NCBI GenBank assembly: GCA_963716745.1
Contig: OY970320.1
Coordinates: forward strand, 384,001 to 448,000
Length of the DNA: 64,000 nucleotides
Reading direction: 5' to 3'
From: an uncultured Gemmatimonadaceae bacterium
Lineage (GTDB): Bacteria > Gemmatimonadota > Gemmatimonadetes > Gemmatimonadales > Gemmatimonadaceae
Below the pieces are notes generated by a model that was given only the letters and a program-made list of their open reading frames with translations, was not told the origin of the DNA and made no database searches. Position 1 is the first letter of the stretch, and each line of letters begins with the position of its first letter. Below are positions 24,146 to 33,542 of the stretch, in pieces. The translations under genes were made by a program, and so were the position numbers.

Positions 24146-24974
24146 CGGGATAGCGCCCGCGGCGTACGTCGCTGCCGAACGCGCGGATCGCATCACGCAC
24201 ATCGTCTGCGAGATGCGCATATCGCTTCAGGAACTTCGGGCTGAACCGGTCGTTGAGGCCGAGGAGATCGGTGATCACCAGCACCTGGCCGTCGCACGCG
24301 GGGCCGGCGCCGATGCCGATCGTCGGGATCGCCACCGCGTCGGTGATCGCGGACGCGACCTCGCGCGGCAGCAGTTCAAGCACGATGGAGAAGGCGCCCG
24401 CGTCCTCGAGCCGGCGCGCCTCCTCCACCAAGCGCGCCGTCGCGTCCTTCTCGCGCCCTTGCACACGGAATCCGCCCAGCGCGTGCACCGATTGCGGCGT
24501 GAACCCGAGATGGCCCATCACGGGCACGCCGGCGGCGGTCACGGCGCGCACCGCGCGCGCGACGACATCGCCAGCACCCTCGAGCTTCACCGCCTGCGCT
24601 TCCGTCTCCTGCATCACGCGCCCGCAATTCCGCAGCGCGTCCTCGGGCGTTACTTGGTACGTGAGGAATGGCATGTCCACCACCAGCAGCGCGCGTTTCA
24701 CACCGCGCCGCACGGCGCGCGCGTGGTAGATCATCTGATCGAGCGTGACCGGCAGCGTCGAGTCGAGTCCCGCCACGACGTTCCCCACCGAGTCGCCGAC
24801 GAGCACGGCATCGACGCCCGCCTCGTCCACGAGCCGGCCGAATAGTGCGTCGTACGCGGTCACGAGCACGAGTTTGTCGCCACTCTGCTTGCGGAGCACG
24901 AAATCGCGCACCGTCACGGCGCGCGGCGCGGCATCGCGCAGCGCTGACGCGCGCTTCGAGGACTTTCGCTTCAT
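24126..24974 (-). CDS. panB: 3-methyl-2-oxobutanoate hydroxymethyltransferase
   Basis: VTAYD, LVGDSVG, VVDMPF, VKLEG, MGHLGFTPQSV, IGIGAG, DGQVLV. Confidence 0.96.
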   Translation of the reverse strand: MKRKSSKRASALRDAAPRAVTVRDFVLRKQSGDKLVLVTAYDALFGRLVDEAGVDAVLVGDSVGNVVAGLDSTLPVTLDQMIYHARAVRRGVKRALLVVDMPFLTYQVTPEDALRNCGRVMQETEAQAVKLEGAGDVVARAVRAVTAAGVPVMGHLGFTPQSVHALGGFRVQGREKDATARLVEEARRLEDAGAFSIVLELLPREVASAITDAVAIPTIGIGAGPACDGQVLVITDLLGLNDRFSPKFLKRYAHLADDVRDAIRAFGSDVRRGRYPDADHSF

Positions 24975-25381
24975 GGAGTCGCTCCGAGCTCCGCCAGCTC
25001 GCGCTGCCAGAAGGGGCGATTGGGCAGTTCCGGATGCGGCACGATCAGACCGGATTCGTTCACCGTTCGCGCGCCGAAGCGCACGATGTCGAGATCGAGC
25101 GTGCGCGCTCCCCAACGCTCCGTGCGCACGCGCCCCTCGGCCCGTTCGATCGTGAGCAGCGCATCCAGCAGCGCGCGCGGCGAGAGCGTCGTCTCCACGG
25201 CTACCATCTGGTTGAGGAAGGGGCCCTGGGGCACCGGGCCAAGTGGCTCGGTCTCCTCCACGGAAGATGCGCTGATGACATGGCTGTGCGGTAGCGCCTC
25301 GAGTGCGGCGCGCGCCGCAGCGAGATGGGCCGCCCGGTCTTCGAGGTTCGACCCGAGCGCGATATAGGCGATGTCAGGCAT
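24971..25381 (-). CDS. folK: 2-amino-4-hydroxy-6-hydroxymethyldihydropteridine diphosphokinase
   Basis: YIALGSNL, FLNQMV, RWGARTLDLDI, IVPHP. Confidence 0.95.
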   Translation of the reverse strand: MPDIAYIALGSNLEDRAAHLAAARAALEALPHSHVISASSVEETEPLGPVPQGPFLNQMVAVETTLSPRALLDALLTIERAEGRVRTERWGARTLDLDIVRFGARTVNESGLIVPHPELPNRPFWQRELAELGATP

Positions 25382-25384
25382 CCG

Positions 25385-25426
25385 TTGACAGCGGCGGAAC
25401 GTACCGGCATCGTGCGCGCGTGTCAA
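25385..25426. promoter_or_regulatory. overlapping divergent sigma70-like promoters for folK (-) and the NFACT gene (+)
   Basis: Minus strand TTGACA (25421-25426)-N17-TACGTT (25398-25403); plus strand TTGACA (25385-25390)-N17-CATCGT (25408-25413). Confidence 0.6.
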
Positions 25427-25439
25427 ACCCGGAGCGCGC

Positions 25440-26798
25440 GTGGACAGTCTGACGGCGCACTACCTCGCGCGCGCGCTCGACGCACGGTGGCGAGCCCATC
25501 GCGTGACCGCGATCGCGTTCGACCGCGACACGCGCGCGGTGGTCGTCGCGGTCGACGGCTCCGCCCCGGTCCGCTTCGCGATCGCGCCCACGGCCGCCGC
25601 GGCGGTGGAGGATCCTGCGCCCGTGAGCGCCGGCGCGCTCGCGGGATGGACGGTTGCTTCGGTCTCGGCTCCCGAGGACGACCGGCGGCTCACGATCGCA
25701 CTCGTTCGCGCGGGTCGCTTCCGCGGATCGCCCGAACGGCGCGCCACGCTCGAGATCAGCTTCGTGCCGGCGGCGCGGGGCGCCCGTCTGCGCGGCGACG
25801 GCGGCGAAACGCGTATCGGCGCCCGGCTTCCTCCCGCCGGAGAACCGCGCCCCGTGCTCACTGCCACGTCGCTCGAACGCACGTTGCGTGACGACGACCG
25901 CGCCGCGTTGCTCGGCGGCCGCTGGATGAGTGCGCCGGTGATCGAGTGGCTGCGCGCCGAGCCCGCCCGCGCGGCCGAGCGCTACGCGGCGATCTGCGCG
26001 CTGCCGCAGCAGGCGCCGCCGTGCGTCGGCCCGCTCTTCGGGCGCCAGGTGGCGGCGCCGGCCGCCGAGCCGCCGCTTGACGGCCGCCGCGTCCGCGCGA
26101 TCGCCCGGATGGAGCGCGAGCTCGCGCAGGCCGCCGAAGCGCCGCGCGTTCGCGCGGCCGCGCGCGCGCTGCAGGCACTCGGCGACTCGCCGGCGCCCCG
26201 GCACGTCGCGTTGCCGGATGGCGCATTCGATGTCGCGCCGCGTGCCGGGGAGCGCGCGTCGCGCGCCGCCGAGCGATTGCACGACGAGGCCGGCGCGATG
26301 GAGCGTGCGCTCGAGGGACTCCCAGCGCGCATCGCGGCGACGAGAACCGCACCGTCACCCTCAGTCGCTTCGCCGCCGCCCGCGAAGGCGCAGCGCGGTG
26401 CGCCGCGCGTCGCGCGCCCCTTTCGCGAGTACCGCTCCACGGGCGGTCTCGACATCTGGGTCGGACGCGGAGCCGCATCGAACGACGCGCTCACCTTCCA
26501 CGCATCGAGCCCCGACGATGTCTGGATGCACGCACGCGACGTGGCCGGCGCGCATGTCGTGCTCCGCTGGACGCGCGACGAGCCGCCGCCCGCGCGCGAT
26601 CTCGCGGAGGCCGCCGCGATCGCCGCGTGGCACAGCAAGTCGCGCGGGAACACGGTGACGCCCGTGGATTGGACGCGGCGCAAGCACGTGCGCAAGCCGC
26701 GCGGCGGAGCGCCGGGGCTCGTGATGGTGGACCACGTCAAGACGGTGAACGCGCGGCCGAGCGCGGCCCTCGAGCGCGCGCTGCGCCGCTCGGAGTAG
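25440..26798 (+). CDS. NFACT/RqcH (FbpA/Rqc2)-like protein with C-terminal NFACT-R domain
   Basis: IWVGRGAASNDALT...DVWMHARDVAGAHVV...AAAIAAWHSK...VDWTRRKHVRKPRGGAPGLV; N-terminal EDDRRL motif. Confidence 0.82.
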   Translation: MDSLTAHYLARALDARWRAHRVTAIAFDRDTRAVVVAVDGSAPVRFAIAPTAAAAVEDPAPVSAGALAGWTVASVSAPEDDRRLTIALVRAGRFRGSPERRATLEISFVPAARGARLRGDGGETRIGARLPPAGEPRPVLTATSLERTLRDDDRAALLGGRWMSAPVIEWLRAEPARAAERYAAICALPQQAPPCVGPLFGRQVAAPAAEPPLDGRRVRAIARMERELAQAAEAPRVRAAARALQALGDSPAPRHVALPDGAFDVAPRAGERASRAAERLHDEAGAMERALEGLPARIAATRTAPSPSVASPPPAKAQRGAPRVARPFREYRSTGGLDIWVGRGAASNDALTFHASSPDDVWMHARDVAGAHVVLRWTRDEPPPARDLAEAAAIAAWHSKSRGNTVTPVDWTRRKHVRKPRGGAPGLVMVDHVKTVNARPSAALERALRRSE

Positions 26799-26801
26799 TG
26801 G

Positions 26802-27587
26802 CTAGGCGGCGTCGAGCGCCGCGCGCATCGACGCGACGAGCCGCACGGCCGCGTCGGTGCTCTCACCGGCGGCTCGCACGAGCGCGCTGCCGACCACGAC
26901 ACCGTCCGCGAGCTTGCCGACGGCCGCGGCCTGCGCCGGCGTGGAAATGCCGAATCCCGCGCAGATGGGCAGCGTCGTCTCACCGCGGAGCCGCGCGATC
27001 GTGTTGGGCAAGTCGGCCGCGATCCCCTCTTGCACGCCCGTCACGCCAAGCCGGCTGATCAGATACACGAACCCTCCGCCGTGACGCGCGATGTCGCGCA
27101 TGCGCGACGCCGGCGTCGTGGGCGCGACGAGCCGGATGAACGCCAGCGGACCCGCGGCGATCTTCGTCTCGAGCGCCGGGTCGGCGCCGAGCGGCAGGTC
27201 CGTTACGAGGACGCCGTGTGCGCCGGCGCTCGACGCGCGGGCGAGCGCGCCGTCCCCCGCCGCGAGCAGTGGATTGAGATAGGTGAAGAGCACGACGGGC
27301 ACGGCCAGCTTCGCCTCCGAGATCAGCGCGAGCGTGCCCTCGAACGTCATGCCCGCCTCGAGCGCGCGCTGCGAGCTCGCCTGGATGATCGGCCCGTCCG
27401 CCATGGGATCGGAGAACGGTACGCCGACCTCGATCACGTCGGCGCCCGCCGCTTCCAATCGCTTGAGCAGCGCGAGCGAGCCGGCACGATCGGGGAATCC
27501 GGCGGTGATATAGACCACGAGCGCGCGGCGGCCGGCCATTCGCAGTGCGGCGAAGCGCGCGGCGAACAGGTCAGACGAAGTAGTCAC
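26802..27587 (-). CDS. trpA: tryptophan synthase alpha chain
   Basis: YITAGFP, IEVGVPFSDPMADGPIIQ, LVAPTT, GVTG, GFGIS, DGVVVGSA. Confidence 0.96.
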   Translation of the reverse strand: MTTSSDLFAARFAALRMAGRRALVVYITAGFPDRAGSLALLKRLEAAGADVIEVGVPFSDPMADGPIIQASSQRALEAGMTFEGTLALISEAKLAVPVVLFTYLNPLLAAGDGALARASSAGAHGVLVTDLPLGADPALETKIAAGPLAFIRLVAPTTPASRMRDIARHGGGFVYLISRLGVTGVQEGIAADLPNTIARLRGETTLPICAGFGISTPAQAAAVGKLADGVVVGSALVRAAGESTDAAVRLVASMRAALDAA

Positions 27588-29055
27588 TGACCTTGATGCC
27601 GTACCGGTCGGGGTCCGCGACCTTGATGATCGTGCGCGCGAAATGGCCGCTGTTGGCGTCGAGCGCGTTCAGATCCACGACATGGCCCGGGAAGAGCAAG
27701 TTACCGCGCTCGTCGTTGATGATCCGCACCAGCGGCCGTGAGATCGCTTCGGCGGTCGGGTTCACCGCGTGCACGAGTGCGAGCTCGAACGTATCGAGCA
27801 CGACCAGCGTGCCCACGGGGTAATGGCCCACGAGGCTCATGAAGGCCTTCACCAGCACCTGGTCCATGCCGCGGCGCGGGTTCATGCGCATCTCCTGCAG
27901 CACGTCGGCCGGCGTGAGCGGCGTCGTCTGGTACACGCGCCGCGACGTGGCCGCGTCGAACGAATCGGCCACCGCCACCACCTTGCTGTACATGCTCATT
28001 TGGCGGTCGCGGATGTGCTTCGGATATCCGGTGAGATCGGTCTTCTTGTGATGCTCGAAGGCGACGATCATCGCGCGGTACGGCACGTCGTTCTGTCCGC
28101 GCATCTGGAACAGCTGCAGCACGCCGAGCCACGGGTGATGGCAGATCATCCGCCATTCATCCTCGCTCAGCGCGCCTGGCTTGTTGAGCACGTCAAGCGG
28201 GATGCGCGATTTCCCGATGTCGTGCATGAGCGCGCCGACGCCCAGGTCGTAGAGCTGGAGGCGCGAGAGCCCGAGCTTCCGGCCGAGCGCCACCGAGAAG
28301 ATGCACACGTTCACGCTGTGCGTGAACGTGTACTCGTCGTAATCGCGCAGCGTGGTGAGTCCGATCAGCGACGTCTCCTCGTTCAGGATCTGGTCGACGA
28401 TCCCCTGCACCACCCGTTTGATCTTCTTGATGTTCGGACTCTTCCCCATGCGCACGGAGTTGATGACCTCCTTGGTCACCGACACCGACTGTGAGTACGT
28501 GCGCTTCGCCGCTTCCTTCGACTTCTGCCGAATCGCCTCGTCGACTTCCGACGGCGGTCCGATGTCGATCGACATCACGCGCGCGCCAGCGAGTTTCTCA
28601 GCGAGCGCGTACAGACGCCCGTCCATGTCGCCCACGTTGGCGGACTGGATGAGATTGAGGAACACCACCCAGTCGCGCGCCGAACAATCTTCGCGCACGC
28701 GGCAGAGGCCGACACCCGCCTCGCGGAACACCGTGAGGATGCGGCTGAAGCTCGCGTAGTTGTCGAGATCGAGCCGAAGGCGCGTGGAATTCACGAACAG
28801 GAACTCGCCCGAGACACGGAACTCGAGTTCGTGCTCTCGCTTGATGAATTCCTGGCAGAGCCGCACGATCTCGTCCATGGTCTTCTGCACCACCGGATTG
28901 TCCGGCGGATACAACTTCACTGTCCGCAGCGCGCCGTAGATCGAGAGCAGCAGATCGCGACCGGCCTTGCGGACGAAGCCGTCGCTCCCGCGCTCGGCGA
29001 CCGGGCCGGTGGATTCCTTCGCGGCCGGGTGCGTGCCGGTCGTGGCCGTGCTCAC
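27571..29055 (-). CDS. HD-GYP domain phosphodiesterase with an uncharacterised N-terminal domain
   Basis: DEYTFTHSVNV...MHDIGK...NKPGAL...EHHKKTDLTGYP...VADSFDA. Confidence 0.88.
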   Translation of the reverse strand: MSTATTGTHPAAKESTGPVAERGSDGFVRKAGRDLLLSIYGALRTVKLYPPDNPVVQKTMDEIVRLCQEFIKREHELEFRVSGEFLFVNSTRLRLDLDNYASFSRILTVFREAGVGLCRVREDCSARDWVVFLNLIQSANVGDMDGRLYALAEKLAGARVMSIDIGPPSEVDEAIRQKSKEAAKRTYSQSVSVTKEVINSVRMGKSPNIKKIKRVVQGIVDQILNEETSLIGLTTLRDYDEYTFTHSVNVCIFSVALGRKLGLSRLQLYDLGVGALMHDIGKSRIPLDVLNKPGALSEDEWRMICHHPWLGVLQLFQMRGQNDVPYRAMIVAFEHHKKTDLTGYPKHIRDRQMSMYSKVVAVADSFDAATSRRVYQTTPLTPADVLQEMRMNPRRGMDQVLVKAFMSLVGHYPVGTLVVLDTFELALVHAVNPTAEAISRPLVRIINDERGNLLFPGHVVDLNALDANSGHFARTIIKVADPDRYGIKVSDYFV

Positions 29056-30779
29056 GCGACGCCTCCGCGGAGCGCCTTGTTGATGGCGCTCCGTACGCGC
29101 ACGTCCTTGTCCTTCTCGGCCTTCCGGAGTTCCGCGAGCGCGTTCTCCGTGCCGATGCGGCCCAGCGCGAACGCCGCGCAGGCGCGGATGTCGGGGCTCG
29201 GGCGCCGCTTGAAGAAACTCTTGCCGTTAAGCAATTCGGCGAGTGGCGAGACGGCCGCCGCGCCCGCGAGCACGCCGTACGCCTCGAAGTATTCCTTCTT
29301 CTCGGTGAGATCGGCTTCCTTAAGCGTCTTGCCGGAGACGACCGCCTCGAGCCTCGGCAGCGCGGCGCGATGTCCACGCGCCGTGATCGCCTTCACCGCG
29401 CTCACGCGGACGTCGCGGTCCGTGTCGGCGAGCGCGGTCTCGAGCAGTCGCATCGCGCCGGGCGACGCGATCTCGGCCAGGGCCTGCGCCGCGGCGAGCC
29501 GCACGTCGGGCAGGCCCGTCTGCAGCACCTTCGCCATCGGCGACACGGCCGCCTGCGCCTTCAGTTCGCCCGCCCGCCGGATCGCCTCGAGCGCGACCGA
29601 CGGATCCTCGCTCGCGATGAGCTTCAGCATCTCGCCGACGTTCGCCGACGCGAGCCGCTGCGCCGTTTTCTCCAGCGCCGAGCGCAACCGCGCGTTCTGC
29701 GCCTGCTTGAGCCACGCGAGCACCGTGGCGAGCGTGCCCTGCTTGAGTTCGCCGAACAGTGCGTCGAGCTCCTCCTGCGGCGGGATGACCTCGGAGTCAT
29801 CGAGTGCCTGCAACAATTGCGGCAGCACCGCGGTGTCGCTCAGCCGTTCGGGGAGGCGTTGCAGACGGTCGGACATCGCCGGCGCGAGTGCCGGCGCGCG
29901 CTGCACCGCCACCGCCGCTTCGCGCAGCAGGAACCCGACGCCGCCGTACGAGCCCGCCGCGAGCAAATGCAACAGGAAGGTCTCGAGGATTCCGAGCACC
30001 TCCTCGCGCACCTTGCCTTCCGGCTGCGTCTCGAAGATGTCGAGCAAGATCGAAATCACGTCCTTGTGCAGATCGAGGTGCGACTCGTCGGCGAGCGCGG
30101 TGCGCAGATACTCGATCTCCGCTTCGTCGAGGAAGTACAGCGTCGCGTCGAGATCCTCCATGCTCACGAGACCGGCCTTCTTGCGTGCCTCGGGCTCCTG
30201 CGGCGCTTCCTCGATCTCGCGCTTCACTTCCACGAGCGGCAGCTGACGCTCCTCGGCCGCCTTGTCGCTCGGCTCGATCGCCGCGACCGCGTCGAAGGAG
30301 AGGTCGACGAAGCGATAGCGCATGTGCACGAACTCCTGCTCCCAGAGCAGGGTGAGCAGGTCGTCCTCCTCCGGCGCCGCGTTCTTCACGCGCCGCATGA
30401 TCTCCAGCATCGCGACGATCTCCTCCTGCTCCACGCCCTGCGTGAGCGTGAGTTCGCGAATGCCGTCCTTGTAGAACAGCCATGCGACACTCTCGGCGCG
30501 GCCGGGATCGTGGTACACCGAGCGCCCCTCCCACTTCACGTCCGACTCCGTGATCGTGAGCACGATCTCGGGCGTATGGCGCCACACCGGCGCGAACGAG
30601 GCGCGCAGCGTGTCGATCGATTTCTGATAGATCGGATTGTTCGGGAGGTACAAGCCGAGCGTCTTCACCGACCGGCTCAGGTGCTTCAACAGCTCCTCGA
30701 CGAGCGGCGGCGGGAACGACGGCGCGGGCAGCGCGTCATCCGCCGCGGTCGCCGCCGGGATCGAGGTGGAGGTCGGCAC
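29052..30779 (-). CDS. HEAT repeat domain-containing protein (start uncertain)
   Basis: C-terminal repeats such as DVRLAAAQALAEI, DRDVRVSAVKAI, DIRACAAFALGRI, DKDVRVRSAINKAL. Confidence 0.85.
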   Translation of the reverse strand: MPTSTSIPAATAADDALPAPSFPPPLVEELLKHLSRSVKTLGLYLPNNPIYQKSIDTLRASFAPVWRHTPEIVLTITESDVKWEGRSVYHDPGRAESVAWLFYKDGIRELTLTQGVEQEEIVAMLEIMRRVKNAAPEEDDLLTLLWEQEFVHMRYRFVDLSFDAVAAIEPSDKAAEERQLPLVEVKREIEEAPQEPEARKKAGLVSMEDLDATLYFLDEAEIEYLRTALADESHLDLHKDVISILLDIFETQPEGKVREEVLGILETFLLHLLAAGSYGGVGFLLREAAVAVQRAPALAPAMSDRLQRLPERLSDTAVLPQLLQALDDSEVIPPQEELDALFGELKQGTLATVLAWLKQAQNARLRSALEKTAQRLASANVGEMLKLIASEDPSVALEAIRRAGELKAQAAVSPMAKVLQTGLPDVRLAAAQALAEIASPGAMRLLETALADTDRDVRVSAVKAITARGHRAALPRLEAVVSGKTLKEADLTEKKEYFEAYGVLAGAAAVSPLAELLNGKSFFKRRPSPDIRACAAFALGRIGTENALAELRKAEKDKDVRVRSAINKALRGGVA

Positions 30780-30781
30780 GA

Positions 30782-31969
30782 CTAGCGGTGCGCCTGCAGG
30801 CGGTCGCTCACTTCGGCCACGTCCTTGTCCCCTCGTCCGCTCACGCAGAGGAGGACCGGTGCGTCCGACGGCCACCGCCCCTTCTGCGAGGCCATCCAGG
30901 CGACGGCATGCGCCGTCTCGAGCGCGGGGATGATCCCCTCGAGCTGGCTGAGCATGACGAAGCCGCCGAGCGCCTCTTCGTCGCCGACCGAGACGTACGT
31001 CGCGCGACCCGAGTCCTTCAGGTGGGAGTGCTCGGGTCCGACGCCGGGATAGTCGAGACCAGCAGAAATGGAGTGCGCGGGATGCACCTGGCCCGCGTCA
31101 TCTTGCAGCAGATAGCTCAGCGCGCCGTGCAGCACCCCGGGGCGCCCGCGCGTGAGGGAGGCGGAATGGCGTCCGCTGTCGAGGCCCTCGCCCGCGGCCT
31201 CGACGCCCACCAGCTCCACGTCGCGGTCGTTCACGAACGCGTGGAAGATGCCCATCGCGTTCGAACCGCCGCCTACGCACGCGACCACCGTCGCTGGAAG
31301 CCGACCCGCCTGTTCGATCATCTGCGCGCGCGCCTCCCGACCGATCACCGACTGGAAATCCCGCACGATGCGCGGATAGGGCGCCGGTCCCACCACGGAA
31401 CCAATGATGTAATGACTGTCCGTCACGTTGGTGACCCAGTCGCGGATCGCCTCGCTCGTCGCGTCCTTCAACGTGCGCGTGCCCGACGTCACCGGCATCA
31501 CAGTCGCCCCCATCAGTTTCATTCGGAAGACATTCAGCGCCTGGCGCCGCATGTCCTCCTCCCCCATGTACACAACGCACTGCAATCCGAACCGGGCGCA
31601 GATCGTGGCCGTCGCCACCCCATGCTGTCCGGCGCCCGTCTCGGCGATGATGCGCCGTTTCCCCATGCGCCGCGCGAGCAGCGCCTGACCCACCGTGTTG
31701 TTGATCTTGTGCGCGCCGGTGTGGTTGAGATCCTCCCGTTTCAGGAAGACCCGCGCCCCCACGGCCTCGGAGAAACGCGGCGCGTCGGTCAGCGGAGAAG
31801 GACGACCGACGTAGCCCTTGAGCAATCCATCCAGCTCCCGCTGGAAGGCCGGATCGCGCTGCGCTTCGGCGTACGCGGCCTCGAGCGCATCGAGGGCGGG
31901 CACGAGCGTCTCGGGCACATAGCGGCCGCCATAGGGGCCGAAGCGGTCAGGTGCGCTCACGTCCGTCAT
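30782..31969 (-). CDS. trpB: tryptophan synthase beta chain
   Basis: [56 protein letters not shown]. Confidence 0.97.
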   Translation of the reverse strand: MTDVSAPDRFGPYGGRYVPETLVPALDALEAAYAEAQRDPAFQRELDGLLKGYVGRPSPLTDAPRFSEAVGARVFLKREDLNHTGAHKINNTVGQALLARRMGKRRIIAETGAGQHGVATATICARFGLQCVVYMGEEDMRRQALNVFRMKLMGATVMPVTSGTRTLKDATSEAIRDWVTNVTDSHYIIGSVVGPAPYPRIVRDFQSVIGREARAQMIEQAGRLPATVVACVGGGSNAMGIFHAFVNDRDVELVGVEAAGEGLDSGRHSASLTRGRPGVLHGALSYLLQDDAGQVHPAHSISAGLDYPGVGPEHSHLKDSGRATYVSVGDEEALGGFVMLSQLEGIIPALETAHAVAWMASQKGRWPSDAPVLLCVSGRGDKDVAEVSDRLQAHR

Positions 31970-32614
31970 TCACTGCCCTCTCGTGCCGCGCACCGCGTCG
32001 GCGAAGACACGCATGCGCTCGTGGTCCTTGATCCCCGGACTCGATTCTACCCCGGAGGAGACGTCGACGATATCCGGCGCCAGCGCGGCGATCGCGTGCG
32101 CCACGTTCTCGGGCGAGAGTCCGCCGCTCACGACGAGGCGCGACCGCACGGGCCGCGCCCCCTCAGCCGCCCGGACCCAATCAAAGGCCCGTCCGGTGCC
32201 GCCGAGCCGTCCCGGCACGAGCGTGTCGTACAGCAGTGCGTCGGCCTCGCCATCGAGTTCGTCCACGCGGTCGGCCGGCGCGGCGCCGCTGATCCGCAGC
32301 ACCGCCCAGACGCGCGCGCCGCTCGCTTCGCGCACGCGCCGCACCTCGCGTGGCGTGGGATCGCCGTGAAGTTGCACGATATCGAGCCGCGCGATGCGCA
32401 CCACGCTGGCGATCGCTTCGATATCCGCGTCGCGGAAGACGCCGACACGTTGCGCGGCGCCGCCAGTTCCATCGAGCACCAGGGCGGCGGCCGCCGGGTC
32501 CATGTTCCGAGGGCCGCCTGCGAAGATCACACCCACGTACTGCGCCCCGCACATCGCCGCGGCGCGCGCGTCGGGCGCGCGCGTGAGGCCGCAGACCTTC
32601 AGTTCAGCGCCCAT
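31970..32614 (-). CDS. trpF: phosphoribosylanthranilate isomerase
   Basis: KVCGLT, VGVF, VQLHG, GGTGRAFDW, SGGL, DVSSGVE. Confidence 0.95.
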   Translation of the reverse strand: MGAELKVCGLTRAPDARAAAMCGAQYVGVIFAGGPRNMDPAAAALVLDGTGGAAQRVGVFRDADIEAIASVVRIARLDIVQLHGDPTPREVRRVREASGARVWAVLRISGAAPADRVDELDGEADALLYDTLVPGRLGGTGRAFDWVRAAEGARPVRSRLVVSGGLSPENVAHAIAALAPDIVDVSSGVESSPGIKDHERMRVFADAVRGTRGQ

Positions 32615-33455
32615 GCTCGCCGCCGCGATCCGTTCCGCGCGCCACGCCCGTCAGCGTGCGCACCGCCGACGCGGGATCGGCGGAGGCGGAGAGCGCCGAG
32701 CCCACGAGCACCGCATCGGCGCCGCTCGCGGCGGCGCGTTCGACGTCCGCGCGGTCGCGCACGCCGCTCTCGCTCACCGCCACGCGGTCGCCTGGCACCA
32801 TGGGGAGCAGTCGCGCCGCGACGGCGGGATCCACCACGAGCGTCTCGAGATCGCGCTGGTTCACGCCGATCGCCGGCGCTCGCGTGGCCGATGCGCGCGC
32901 CAGTTCCCGTTCGGTGCGCACCTCCACGAGCGGCTCGAGCCCGAGCGCGATCGCCTCGGCGGCAAGTTCATCGAGCAGCGCGGGGTCGAGCGCGCGAGCG
33001 ATCAGCAGCACCGCCGAGGCGCCCGCCGCGCGGGCCTCCCAGAGTTGCGTTCGGTCCACCACGAAGTCCTTCCGGAGGAGAGGAACGGACACCGCGGCAC
33101 GTGCATCGGCGAGGTCGGCGAGCGATCCGCCGAAGTGCATGGGCTCGGTGAGGATGGAGATCGCCGCGGCGCCCCCGGCCGCGTAGGCCATGGCCTGCGC
33201 ACTCGCCGAGAGCGCCGTATTGATCTCCCCCTTGGAGGGCGAGCGGCGCTTCACTTCGGCGACGACAGCGATCGTTCCGCCGGCGCGAAGTGCCGCCGCG
33301 AAAGCGGGGACCGGTACGTGGCGCGCCTCAGCGGCCGTGCGTTCGAGCTCGGCTCGCCGGCTCGCCGAGAGTGCCCGGACCCGGTCTCGGGATTCGGCGA
33401 TGATCTTACCCAGCGTGCCGCCGGGCGGGGTCCAGGTTGGCATCGACGCTTGCAC
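32604..33455 (-). CDS. trpC: indole-3-glycerol phosphate synthase (start GTG 33455 or ATG 33443)
   Basis: AEVKRRSPSKG, ISILTE, LRKDF, LVEV, GVNQRDL, SESG, LVGSAL. Confidence 0.95.
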   Translation of the reverse strand: MQASMPTWTPPGGTLGKIIAESRDRVRALSASRRAELERTAAEARHVPVPAFAAALRAGGTIAVVAEVKRRSPSKGEINTALSASAQAMAYAAGGAAAISILTEPMHFGGSLADLADARAAVSVPLLRKDFVVDRTQLWEARAAGASAVLLIARALDPALLDELAAEAIALGLEPLVEVRTERELARASATRAPAIGVNQRDLETLVVDPAVAARLLPMVPGDRVAVSESGVRDRADVERAAASGADAVLVGSALSASADPASAVRTLTGVARGTDRGGEHGR

Positions 33456-33498
33456 TTCGGGAATTATTCGGTTATCGTCCAGTTCGGCGTTACTTCGG
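33456..33498. promoter_or_regulatory. candidate LexA operator: two TTCGG-N6-TTCGG direct-repeat pairs
   Basis: TTCGG at 33456, 33467, 33483 and 33494 in the trpC/lexA divergent gap; putative lexA -10 TAAGCT at 33514-33519. Confidence 0.55.
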
Positions 33499-33542
33499 GC
33501 ACCACTCATTCGTTAAGCTATCACCTCTACGGGACTTGACGC

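Noticed and set aside
30788..33151. Long antisense and alternative-frame ORFs (e.g. 787 aa here, 14520..16391, 60334..62145)
   Set aside because: Expected shadows of high-GC coding sequence; Arg/Ala/Gly-rich with no motifs, lying opposite well-supported genes
33456..33542. trp attenuator or leader peptide
   Set aside because: No short ORF with tandem Trp codons and no terminator/antiterminator; the gap is only 87 bp and shared with lexA
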